Shown here in pieces: positions 45,552 through 55,670 of a DNA stretch of 64,000 bases. This DNA is from Piedraia hortae CBS 480.64 (lineage: Eukaryota): contig MU005979.1 in NCBI GenBank assembly GCA_010093745.1, positions 62,001-126,000 of the forward strand. The letters are read 5' to 3'. The stretch's first letter is position 1; each line of letters begins with the position of its first letter. Under the pieces are notes generated by a model. That model searched no databases. It had not been told where the DNA came from and saw nothing but the letters and a program-made list of their open reading frames with translations. A program made the position numbers and the translations under genes.

Positions 45552-45805
45552 TTAGTTCTAGGACATTATATTAGGGGTGATTATGGGGGTAGCTATGATA
45601 CATATGGTTCTGCGTGGGAAAATAGGTGGGTGAGGTTTGGTTGCCTTTTTGGGTTAGCGGCGTAGAACTGGTTGTTTGCTATCAAAAAATTCGGTGTGTA
45701 TGGGAGTGTGAAGACTGGTCGTCCCTATATCCAGGTTTGACTACAGCAGAGGCATCATCAAGACTACAGAAGTAGCATTCAAAATCATTTATTAATCTAC
45801 TCAAA

Positions 45806-47770
45806 CTAACGAGCAACATTCGTTGTCTTGCCTCTCCTCTTCGCCGGGCTTGCAATTCCTGGTGTCTTGGCATCGTGCTGCACTGATCCCGCGCGCGTGC
45901 GGGTGAGCAACGAGGATGTAGAGCGGGTCGGCGGCTTTAGCTCTGGAATGCCGTCGAGTTTCGGGGTGACTGTGCCCGGCTTCTTGCTGGGAGTCGGCCT
46001 CGCGTTCTCCTTGTCCTTGTTCTCGCATGCGCGGTTTGCCCTTGTGGACACCAGCGACGGAAGCTTGGATGGGATAGGCATCCTCGATGGCTGCTTTGGC
46101 TTGACGGGTTCCGTCTTGTCTGCAGCCTTCGCCACACCGCCCTTCTTCTCTTCACTCTTTGCACTGCCGCCTTTCTTCTCTTCAGCCTTGCCAACCTCGT
46201 CGGTTTTCTTATTTCCACCCTTCTTCCCCTCAACCTTCTTCTCTTCCGCGTTCTCGTCCGACTTCTTCTTGGCAGCCGCCTTTGGTCCTCCGCGTCTCGG
46301 CTTGCCCAAGTTGAGAGTCGGTCTTTTGACCGGCACCTCAGCCTCGATGTGGTCATACTGACGAACCCGCAGACATGACTTCAATTCTCCAAGCGGCTGT
46401 TTAGGCTGCGTAGGCGCGCCTTCTTCAGAAAAGGCCACCAGGGTCTCTGCCCACTGTACACCTCGTCCTGTTGTCTTCTTGGCATCTGCTTCGGGAGTCA
46501 CAGAGCTAGAGGCCGTAGCCGACGAATTCATCTGCGCTAGTCTTATCTGCGGCATGACGGCGCCATTCTTATTCTTCTTGGTATTGAACCGCGTATCGAT
46601 AGCCAACTGCTGAACTTCAGACCTCTTCAGCTCTACGCGTGGCCCGGCCAGCTGCGACGGGACAGAAATGGTCTGTGTCGGCCTGCTAACCCGACCGCTA
46701 CGTGTGGTTTTTCTTGCAGCTGGCGTCGAAGCATTCGTCGTTGGCACAACGGGAGAAGGTGAAGTCAAGGCTGTATGAAGAGTGGAGCTGTTCGGGTCCA
46801 GGTCTCCCAGCACCGCTGTCACATCCCCTTCAGTGGAATGTGCAAGGGCTTGTCGCACTCGATCAGAGTCGCGCCTATTCAATACGGACTCGCGCCGCGA
46901 CGCCGATGCTGGAGGCGAACGCGGGAGTTTGAGCTTCATTTCCTTGGAAGAATGTAATAGTTCTGTTTCAGTCAAGGGCTTGTCGTCTGTTGGGGAATTG
47001 ATTGCGGTAATGGATCCAAGGTCTGAGTGAACCGGAGTGAACCGAAGTAACTGTGCTCGTCCTGTGGGGGTATTGGGAACAGAATCCTGTCGAGCTGCTG
47101 GGGACGGGAAGCCCTGGGGGTGGCTTGGTTCGTCCTCGATGTCATCAATCAGAGATGTCTTGGGAAGCTTCAGATGCGTAAGAAATGATTTCACTCCTTT
47201 GAACGCGTTCGCCAAGTCGACATTCCCTGATTCCTCAACTGCCAGAGGCTCCGGAAGCGCAGCAATCTGGCCCAAATCAAACTCAGCAGTCGGCAACGAG
47301 AAATCAGGAGGCAGCGAACGCCTGCGTGACGGGGACTGATGTTCCGCTGGTTTCTTTAGGTGCTTCTGAGCATGCAGTGGCGGCGAAACGAAGCCTTCTG
47401 GAAGCGGGCAGTATTCGATGCCAGATGCAGTATGCTCGAAGGATGCGCTAGACAAATTGACACGTCCGGATATGTGTTTCCTCGCTGGGCTCTTGGCCTC
47501 TGCCTCCCACTGCGACGGCAGGCCGATGGCGCCGGCGGTTCGAAGCTTCTTGATCGGTTTCGCAAATATCAGAGTAGGAGTCGGAGCAGTCAGTGGAACA
47601 GGAGTGCGCTTCCAGATCTTCGCAGCGCGAAATTTGTTCGGGACTAGAGGGTTCGATGGAGTGCGTTCCCAACCGCGTCGTACTTTCGACATCGGAAGAT
47701 TGTTCGGTGCGAACAATGACACGTCGCTTTCGGCCCATTCACCCGTCCAAGTGCTGCTGTCATTATCCAT
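45806..47770 (-). CDS. Hypothetical low-complexity S/P/K-rich protein (654 aa)
   Basis: Long intronless ORF. The short conserved-looking block TRFNTKKNK...RGVQWAETLV sits within disordered sequence. Confidence 0.75.
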   Translation of the reverse strand: MDNDSSTWTGEWAESDVSLFAPNNLPMSKVRRGWERTPSNPLVPNKFRAAKIWKRTPVPLTAPTPTLIFAKPIKKLRTAGAIGLPSQWEAEAKSPARKHISGRVNLSSASFEHTASGIEYCPLPEGFVSPPLHAQKHLKKPAEHQSPSRRRSLPPDFSLPTAEFDLGQIAALPEPLAVEESGNVDLANAFKGVKSFLTHLKLPKTSLIDDIEDEPSHPQGFPSPAARQDSVPNTPTGRAQLLRFTPVHSDLGSITAINSPTDDKPLTETELLHSSKEMKLKLPRSPPASASRRESVLNRRDSDRVRQALAHSTEGDVTAVLGDLDPNSSTLHTALTSPSPVVPTTNASTPAARKTTRSGRVSRPTQTISVPSQLAGPRVELKRSEVQQLAIDTRFNTKKNKNGAVMPQIRLAQMNSSATASSSVTPEADAKKTTGRGVQWAETLVAFSEEGAPTQPKQPLGELKSCLRVRQYDHIEAEVPVKRPTLNLGKPRRGGPKAAAKKKSDENAEEKKVEGKKGGNKKTDEVGKAEEKKGGSAKSEEKKGGVAKAADKTEPVKPKQPSRMPIPSKLPSLVSTRANRACENKDKENARPTPSKKPGTVTPKLDGIPELKPPTRSTSSLLTRTRAGSVQHDAKTPGIASPAKRRGKTTNVAR

Positions 47771-48118
47771 ACTTGTTCACAAAGAATACGGTTCGTGTTG
47801 TAAATGTAAACAAACCAGCTGCTGCCCGCGCAACCGAGGTACCACGCTAACCGGATCGGGTAGAGAGTCGAATGTGGTGCAGAATGTGTCGGAATAAATG
47901 TACGGCCAGCCTATGCGAATACTTTGACGTGATTATTCCATCCAGAACCGCGATTGACGAAGCCGATTGGAATCCGGCTTGGTTTGCGACCAATTGAAGC
48001 TGCGTCGGGCCGAACCGAGCCGCTGTCATCTCTGACGAAATTTCAGAAAAGCCAAGCGCAGACATACGCTCGTTCCGCTACACCCTGAAACTCGCAGAAA
48101 AGGAAGTTCAAGGACAAA

Positions 48119-48552
48119 ATGGTTCTCGGCAAGAACAATCGCAAAGCCCTGGCGAAAGCTTCGGCCCAAGGAGCCACAGCAGCCAACCCACAGCTCCCGC
48201 CATTGAGCAAATTACGCGTGCGAAACCCGAACAAAGTCGATGAAAATCCCTGTGTGGGCTTGATGTCGAGTGTTTTGGGTGAGCCTCACTCTAGACGATC
48301 AACGAATTGTGGTGCTAATGGTGGTCGTGCACAGGATGTTGGGCATCTCAAGGGTACAGCACACAGGGTTGCGCCATGCTCGAACAGCAATTACGGAGAT
48401 GCATGGATACAAAGGTATGGCAGTGAACAAGGACTCAAAAGGAGAATACTGATAATACCCGACAGAGACTGGTCCAGCAGAAGAAGAGCCGCATCAACCA
48501 CCACCTTTCACGGTTCTATCCAATGATCATTGGCCCACACAAAAGAAACTAG
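48119..48552 (+). CDS. MRP10: Mitochondrial small-subunit ribosomal protein mS37 (twin CX9C), 108 aa
   Basis: Exons 48119-48278, 48335-48414 and 48466-48552. Product contains LPPLSKLRVRNPN..ENPCVGLMSSVLGCWASQG...GCAMLEQQLRRCMD...INHHLSRFYP. Confidence 0.93.
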
Positions 48553-48649
48553 CCAATGAGCAGCCCTGTACAATACTGTATACCACTGTACGATGACGCT
48601 GCAAGATAATGTCCCCACTCTCGCACGTGCACCAAACCGACGTCCAAAC

Positions 48650-49609
48650 ATGAAGATTCTCATAACCGGAGGCGGTGGCTTCGTGGGTCAGATCCTGGCA
48701 TCACGTCTCCTCCAGGATGGACACAGCATTGTGTTGACAGATATCTTCGAACCCCCTGCACCTTGTTCCACTTCCCCTCCATCCTCACTCACCTGTATCA
48801 AAGCAGACCTTTGTAATGGCCCACTAACCAAAATCCTCAGCCCAGATCTCGAATGCGTCTTCATCCTCCACGGCATGATGAGCTCGGCAAGCGAGGCGAA
48901 TTTGTCAGATGGCTACACGGTTAACCTAACATCAGCCATGGGGCTGCTGGAAGGAATCCGTAGGGAATGTCAGCCGGGGATAAGAGTAGTCTACGCCTCA
49001 TCCACAGCCGTGTACGGTAATGCAGGGACGTTACCGTCGGAAACGGATCTGCCCACTCCAAAGGGAAGCTATGGCACGCAAAAGGCCATGGTAGAGATGG
49101 CATTGGATGATTACCATAGGAGGGGCTACGTAATCGCCTACACCCTCCGCTTCCCCACGGTGAGCGTCAGGCCGGGAAAGCCCTCGCCGGCGGCGAGTGC
49201 GTGGATGAGCGGCATCGTCCGCGAGCCGCTGCAGGGCCTGGAAGCCCATTTGCCGTGTGATGATGACTTCCAGGCCTGGATCTGCTCTCCACGCATCCTA
49301 GTAGAGAACCTCGTTCACACGCTGACGCTGGCGAGGGATTGTTTGGACGACGGGGTAGGGAGAAGGATCAATTTACCTGGAATCACAGTATCGGTTAGGG
49401 AAATGCTACAGGCACTGGAGGCTGTGGGGGGAAAGGAAGCTGTGGACTTGGTCAAGCGAGTGCAGGCGACTGACGAGGACAAGGTCTTGCTTGAAAGTTG
49501 GCCGGCGAGACTCGACGATGGAAGAGCCACGAAGCTGGGGTTTGTGCGAGACAACAACTTTCACGAAGTCGTGGCCGAGTTTGCAAAAAGGTTGACAAAA
49601 GGAGGCTAA
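48650..49609 (+). CDS. NAD-dependent epimerase/dehydratase (extended SDR, D-erythronate-dehydrogenase-like)
   Basis: [22 protein letters not shown], catalytic YGTQK and [13 protein letters not shown]. Confidence 0.9.
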   Translation: MKILITGGGGFVGQILASRLLQDGHSIVLTDIFEPPAPCSTSPPSSLTCIKADLCNGPLTKILSPDLECVFILHGMMSSASEANLSDGYTVNLTSAMGLLEGIRRECQPGIRVVYASSTAVYGNAGTLPSETDLPTPKGSYGTQKAMVEMALDDYHRRGYVIAYTLRFPTVSVRPGKPSPAASAWMSGIVREPLQGLEAHLPCDDDFQAWICSPRILVENLVHTLTLARDCLDDGVGRRINLPGITVSVREMLQALEAVGGKEAVDLVKRVQATDEDKVLLESWPARLDDGRATKLGFVRDNNFHEVVAEFAKRLTKGG

Positions 49610-49671
49610 GTAGGTATACAAATGGGTCTTTGCCCACATGGCCGACGGAAAGCATCCCCCAACAAGACTGT

Positions 49672-50810
49672 TTACATGATGATGGACGGAGCTGGAAATC
49701 GGTCAGCACAGACGGATCACGGCCAAGATACTTACAGTCGACATTCTGCTTGATGCTCTTGTGCGGCAGAACTGATGCGCCGTTGCAATAGATCTCGTCG
49801 CCGATAGTAACGTCCTCGCCGAGAACCGTAACATTTTCCAGACGCGCCCAGCGGCCAACGGTGCTGTTCCAACCGACGATGGCGCTCTTGATCCACGCAT
49901 GCTCCTTGACCTTGCTGCCGCCCAGTAGCACGCACCGCTGCAGCCGCACTCCGTCGCCTACGACGACGTTGGGGCCGATGGTGACGTTGGGGCCAATCTT
50001 GCAGTTTTCGCCAATCTTGGCCGAAGGGTCTATCATGACGTTGCCGCCGTAGATGTGCGGATCAGACGTCGACGCCAGTAGCGGGCTCTTCTTCTTGGTC
50101 AGCGAAGACAGATAGAGGCAGGTGCCGGTCAGGAAGTCCTTGGGCTGGCCGACGTCCATCCAGAAGCCTTCGAGGTCAAACGAGTGCAGCTGGCCGTCCT
50201 TGACCATCGACGGGAACGTCTCCTGCTCGATCGACGTCGGTCGCATCTCAATGCGTTCCAACACGCTGGGGTTAAGGATGTAGAGGCCGGCGTTGATGCG
50301 GTTACCAACGAATTCGATCGGCTTCTCCACGAAGCGCTCAATCAGCGATGGATGCTGCGGCTTGTGCACCACCACACCGTATTTGCTGGGCTCCTCGACC
50401 TTGGTGACGACAATGGTGCCCTCGTTGCCGTGCTCGCGGTGGAAGGCGGCAAGCTCCTTGAACGGGTAGTCACAAATAATGTCAGAGTTAAGCACAAAGA
50501 AGGGTGCATCGTCCTTTGCGAGGATCTTCTCGGCCAACTTCAGCGGACCGGCCGTGCCAAGCGGCTCCGTCTCGACGCTGAACTCGATATTGACATTATA
50601 CTCCTTCTCATACTTCTTCAATGCCTCGGTCATCACCTCGGGCCGGTAGTTGACGGCCAGCACAATGTCTGTCACGCCGGCCGCCGCCAGCGCCTCGACC
50701 TGATGCAGGATCATCGGCCGGTTGCCAAACTCGACGAGCGGCTTGGGTAGTGTCAGCGTCAACGGACGCAGACGTGTGCCGAATCCGCCAACGAGGATGA
50801 GGGCTTTCAT
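49672..50810 (-). CDS. MPG1: Mannose-1-phosphate guanylyltransferase (GDP-mannose pyrophosphorylase), 364 aa
   Basis: [41 protein letters not shown] and hexapeptide repeats. Intron 49692-49735 gives the C-terminus ...NVDSPSIIM*. Confidence 0.97.
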
Positions 50811-51225
50811 GATGTGAATATAATTTTTTTTTTGGATTTTTTGAATTTGCCGGCTGGTTTTTGCTAGTTTTGATTAATGTTTTGGCTGCGTGGCCTCGAG
50901 GAGAAGGTCCGAGGGCGGGGGAGGCGGGGTAGATGAACGGCTACGCTACTACTAGCGTTAGTACAGACCGCTTCGGACGTTGCAAGAGCGGACAGGTAGA
51001 AGAGCACGACCCCTAACCCTAGTGCCTGTCCCCATCCCGAGTTTCGACGCTGCCGCTTCCTGCCGACCGTTTACGTCCGCCAACGAAGAGCGGGGCAAAA
51101 AGGCTGTGGCCCCAGCCGCGTCACGCCCCAGCCGGATCCTAATCGAAATGAAGAAGCGGCGACTTCCTACGCTCGTTTGGTGACAAAATGGTGGATGTAC
51201 GTGTCTCTGCTGTGTCTCGCCTGTC

Positions 51226-53373
51226 ATGCTAACCGTCGCCCAGATTTGGCGGCTGCCATCGTCGCTGGTGGCGCTCGCCATCGCGGCGCTGTCTGTATCG
51301 GCGCGCGCGCAGTATCCGCCGCCGGCCTCATACGAAAGCGTGCTGGCGTCGCCACTCAACCCGGCCGTCACCATCGCGTACCGCCAACCTGACAATGGTA
51401 CGTGTATGGCGGCGTTCGATGCGCAGCGTCAGTTCACGGGCTACATTGGGCTGCCGCCCTACACACTCGCTCCTATACAGCAAAACTACTCGGTCAACAC
51501 CTTTTTCTGGTTCGTAGAGGCGCGGCAGCAGCCCGACGCCGCGCCGCTGACCATCTGGCTCAACGGCGGCCCCGGGAGCAGTTCTCTGTTTGGCCTCTTC
51601 AACGAGGTCGGGCCGTGCCAGGTGGTGCAGCTGAATGACGGTCTTTACGGCACACAAATGCGGCCGTTTGGTTGGGACCGCAGCAGTAACGTTCTCTTCA
51701 TCGATCAGCCCAACCAGGTTGGTTTCTCCTATGATGCGCCCGCCAACGCCTCGATCGACTTTTACACGTCCAATATCTTTGATCCGTCGCTTTCACAATC
51801 AAATCTGCCACCATGGATGGTGGCCAGCGGTACGTTTGGCGCGTCCAGCCTGAACAGTTCTGCTCCCGGCGGCACCGCCAACACCACGGCGATCGCGGCG
51901 CACACGCTGTGGCACTTCCTCCAGGCCTGGCTAGCTGCTTTCCCAGAGTATAACCCCGCCCTTCGCAACGGCTCCGCTGTAGACGGTCCGTCGGTCGGCG
52001 TTCATTTGTTCACCGAGTCGTATGGCGGCATGTATGCGCCGGCCATGGCGATGCATTTCGAGCAACAGAACCAGCTGCGCGAGAACGGCTCGATGCCGAC
52101 CAATTCGACGCTTCCCATGCACTTGGAAACGGTTGGCATCATCAACGGCATGATCGATTCGCTGATCCAGACGCCGACATTACCGCAATTTGCCGCCAAC
52201 AACTCGTACGGCGTGCAGGCGATTTCGCAGACGCAGATGCTAAATGCCATATCGCAATGGGAGCTGTCCTGCGTCTCTCAGATCGGCGACTGTCGCGATG
52301 CCGTCGCGCTAGGCGATGCCAACGGCTACGGCGACAACGCGACGGTCAACGCCGTCTGTAGCCGGGCGCGTGTAACGTGCAACAACCTGAGCGGGGACTA
52401 CACGGCCAATAATCACTCGCCCTACGATATCCGCCGCTCTCTTCCCATGACCGAGCCTTCGGGTTCCTTTCAGGAGTATCTCAACAGCGCGGGCGTGTTG
52501 CAGGCGGTTGGGGCCCGTGTAAATTTCACAGGCAGCAACCTGCGCGTTTCGGAAGCGTTTGACTCGACGGGCGATTTGATCCGCGGCGGCTCCGTTGATG
52601 ATCTGGCGGCTCTGCTGGGCATGGGCGTCCGAGTGGCCCTATTGTACGGTGATGCCGACTATATTTGCAATTGGCAAGGCGGAGAAGCCGTCAGCCTCGC
52701 CATTGCCCAGGCCATGGCCAACGCGACGGACGAAGCCATTTCCCGCTACTCCACTGCCTTTCCCGCTGCTGGCTACAGCTACATTGCCACAAACTCGTCT
52801 TATGTTGGTGGAGAGGTTCGCCAATACGGCAACTTTTCCTTTAGTCGCATCTACGAGGCCGGTCACTTTGTTCCATATTACCAACCTGAGACGGCCTTTA
52901 CCCTATTCACCCGCGCCATCTACGGCGCTGAGCTGGCGACGGGTCAGCTGGTGGATACCACAAACCTACCTAATTCGCATAGAAACTATTCGACCAAAAC
53001 GCACTCTGTCCGCGATGGTCCGGCACCTACATGTTGGCTGCGCGATTGGGTTCTCACCTGCTCGCAGGAAGAGACACGGGCCATGTTGGAATCGCGCGGC
53101 CATGTCATGAACGGGATATACATCCAAGAGTCCAAATCAGACCCCTTGCCCACAACGAGCGTCACCGCCGGACGACCAGGCTCTCCCGTCACAACACCAA
53201 CCCGCTCAAAATCCGCGGTCAGTTCCAGTACCTCCGTCCTCACGGGTGTATACACGGCTACTAATACCCCTACACCTTCCTCTTCCGCGATTTTAATAGC
53301 CGATGGGCTGGATATGTCTCTTTCGTGGGGGATTCTGCTCCTTTTTCTGTTAACGGGGTATGACATTTTGTGA
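51226..53373 (+). CDS. Serine carboxypeptidase S10, secreted, probably GPI-anchored
   Basis: Signal peptide, WLNGGPGSSS, IDQPNQVGFSY, TESYGG (Ser), GDADYICN (Asp) and AGHFVP (His). Ends in an S/T-rich linker and hydrophobic tail. Confidence 0.93.
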   Translation: MLTVAQIWRLPSSLVALAIAALSVSARAQYPPPASYESVLASPLNPAVTIAYRQPDNGTCMAAFDAQRQFTGYIGLPPYTLAPIQQNYSVNTFFWFVEARQQPDAAPLTIWLNGGPGSSSLFGLFNEVGPCQVVQLNDGLYGTQMRPFGWDRSSNVLFIDQPNQVGFSYDAPANASIDFYTSNIFDPSLSQSNLPPWMVASGTFGASSLNSSAPGGTANTTAIAAHTLWHFLQAWLAAFPEYNPALRNGSAVDGPSVGVHLFTESYGGMYAPAMAMHFEQQNQLRENGSMPTNSTLPMHLETVGIINGMIDSLIQTPTLPQFAANNSYGVQAISQTQMLNAISQWELSCVSQIGDCRDAVALGDANGYGDNATVNAVCSRARVTCNNLSGDYTANNHSPYDIRRSLPMTEPSGSFQEYLNSAGVLQAVGARVNFTGSNLRVSEAFDSTGDLIRGGSVDDLAALLGMGVRVALLYGDADYICNWQGGEAVSLAIAQAMANATDEAISRYSTAFPAAGYSYIATNSSYVGGEVRQYGNFSFSRIYEAGHFVPYYQPETAFTLFTRAIYGAELATGQLVDTTNLPNSHRNYSTKTHSVRDGPAPTCWLRDWVLTCSQEETRAMLESRGHVMNGIYIQESKSDPLPTTSVTAGRPGSPVTTPTRSKSAVSSSTSVLTGVYTATNTPTPSSSAILIADGLDMSLSWGILLLFLLTGYDIL

Positions 53374-53799
53374 ATCGTAATTAGACTTTAATACGATTGT
53401 GTATATTGTGCAAAGGGGGGTTTTTGTCATGATTTGGGGAGCTTTGGATCAATTCTCCTGGGGGATTGCTCAATCGGCGAGGGGGGCGAATGAGCGTTCA
53501 TGGGGAATGGCCACACCCTCCTCTTTAATGCGACCAAATAGATGGTTTATCTGGACAATTTGTCTTTTTTCTATTCACCATATCCTGTAGACTCGCCTTT
53601 TTCGCCAAGCTAGATTTCATCCCTATGTATATACCGAGAAAGTTTTCGCCAAGCCGTGGCGGGCTCGTGAAGGTTAAACTCTATTTTTTGTGGATACCTG
53701 TAAAATAGGGGATTCGATGGATGTACTCTGAAGAGTACCCGTGGTTGCAGCACTCTCCCCATTTCTTTTGGTTGCAGAATTTGTGGATCCTATTCCGTT

Positions 53800-53978
53800 T
53801 GTTACGGGCTAGACCTTTCGTCCCATGCTTGTTCCATGGCGATGGTTCACCAGGCGCGCGCGTACCGCGTACGCGGGTGCTTTCTATGCAGGAGCTCATG
53901 AGTATAAAGCAGGCCCTTTGGCCCTCTATAGCTTCCATGCGAGACAATATCTTGCTCGAGCTCTGGGTCCCGTGCACA
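53800..53978 (+). mobile_element. Possible solo LTR of a second family
   Basis: Begins TGTTACGGG and ends CCCGTGCACA (imperfect inverted termini), with internal TATAAA at 53903-53908. No TSD and no second copy in the window. Confidence 0.3.
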
Positions 53979-54106
53979 CACCCAGTGCTTCCATTTACAC
54001 ATCCCACCAATTTTGTATCAAGTGGAATCAATTGAGAGAGCCTTTGAACATCAAATGATATCAACGTGTACATCAAACTAAACAGTCCTTGACTGTCAAA
54101 TGTTAT

Positions 54107-54334
54107 TGTAACGACACGAGGCTAAGGACGAGGGGTCGGGGTCGAGGGATCAATGAGAGACAAGGGTGAGAGGCTCAAAGCAATGGGCTATGGACGAGAG
54201 GACTGCGTAGACCCTATGTAGACAGAGAACAACGCATAAAGAGAAGAGAAAAGTTAGTGCCGCCAGAGTATGTGGCGAAGAGTGGGGCCACTAGACTCGG
54301 GCCCTTCCGCATGACGTAGACCCGAGTTCTGACA
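54107..54334. mobile_element. Solo LTR (family copy 2, inverted relative to copy 1), 228 bp
   Basis: TGTAAC...CTGACA termini with 5-bp flanks GTTAT/GATAT. Shares long exact blocks with the reverse complement of 22266-22506, e.g. CGACACGAGGCTAAGGACGAGGGGTCGGGGT and GAGAGGACTGCGTAGACCCTATGTA. Confidence 0.85.
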
Positions 54335-54988
54335 GATATTAACACATTTTTCCCGTGAAATCGAAACTTATTCTCAAATTGAGACACTGCGGGTCTTGGG
54401 CACGAAATGACAGGGTGCACAGAGCGATCGCGTACCTTGATGCACCTAATCCATATTAGCAAACACATGTTGAGACCACGGAAAGAAAAAAAGCATAGAC
54501 AACCCCCGACCCTTTGACCGTCTTAAATCGTTCGAATGTGCAGTACGCAGCCTTGTAAGCTTTCCCATCCTATGGGGCGCAAATCAATCCAAACAAATTC
54601 GCAAATCATCGACGTCCTTATGAAGGACCAACTAATCCAACAAAGGGTCGCCAAAATCAAGCCCAGACATTCCTGTAGGTCAAATGCGACAGATGTGCGA
54701 ATCAGATCTATGTGTTATAATCCAAACCCCAAGAATGGTCTGCGAAATCAAACCCACTTTCCCACTATCAAAATCCTTGTATAGCGCAACACACTTTCCA
54801 CACGCACACAAATTCCAAGAGACGACCTCAAAGCAATTTGATCCAAAAGAGGTAGAATAATTTTAACTTCCATCTAGGGTATAAATTTCTTCCCAGCCTG
54901 CCCCTCACCCCTTACCCCTCACCCTCACCCCTCAATCTATCTCCCGTCATGAAGATTGCTCTCAACGGGCAAAATGAAAAATTCTACA

Positions 54989-55670
54989 TCACCGCCAAGC
55001 CGACCACTTCGCTCTCTCGGCTGCACGTTCCGTGGCACGGCCGTAGCCGGGGTTATATCCTGCTGTGGCGGCGGCTATGACTGGGGAGCCTGGGTCGCAG
55101 TAGGGACAAGTAGGTTGGCGACAGTGGCAGTCGATTGAGGCTCTAGGGCTCGTGGCGCTGCTGCTTGCATCCCAGCTTGTGCAGCTTTCTGAGGAGCCGG
55201 AATGGCGGTTTAGGTTGCCTGGCATAGGGGCGGGGACGGTCCCAGGGCCTCCAGTAGGAGGATTGTTGGGGTTTGAAGATGGGTGGTAGGCTACGCAGGG
55301 AGTGGGAGGACCGCGACGGCCGGTGCCAATTGCGACTGGCAAACCTTGCACGACGCCAGTGGCTGAGCGGTGGCCCGGTCGTTGACCGGGGAACATGCCA
55401 TCGTTGTGGGAAAAATTGCGGCAGATCATGTAGGCGTTCATGGCGGCACCTTCTTTGGCGAGAGCTTCGGTTTTATAAGGCACATCGGTGCAGTATTCGC
55501 GGTTGTTGACTCGGACTTTGCAGTAGTAGTGAGATCGATACCGGTATGGTTCGTAGAGGGGGTCGGGCCATTGACGTCGTTGGCATACGCCTGGGTAGGA
55601 ATAAGTTTCCCTGTTATTATTATGAAGATCAAGGTCGGGCCTTACTTTGCAAGTACATGGAGTAGAACAT
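54989..55670 (-). CDS. Small protein with a dsRNA-binding-domain-like N-terminus (208 aa)
   Basis: Exons 55670-55646 and 55590-54989 (intron 55591-55645). MFYSMYLQSVCQRRQWPDPLYE...YYCKVRVNNREY...YKTEALAKEGAAMNAY fits the alpha-beta-beta-beta-alpha dsRBD pattern. Confidence 0.75.

Noticed and set aside
49452..49671. Apparent C-terminal extension of MPG1 overlapping the SDR gene
   Set aside because: Read-through of intron 49692-49735. Splicing gives the normal 364-aa protein with no CDS overlap.
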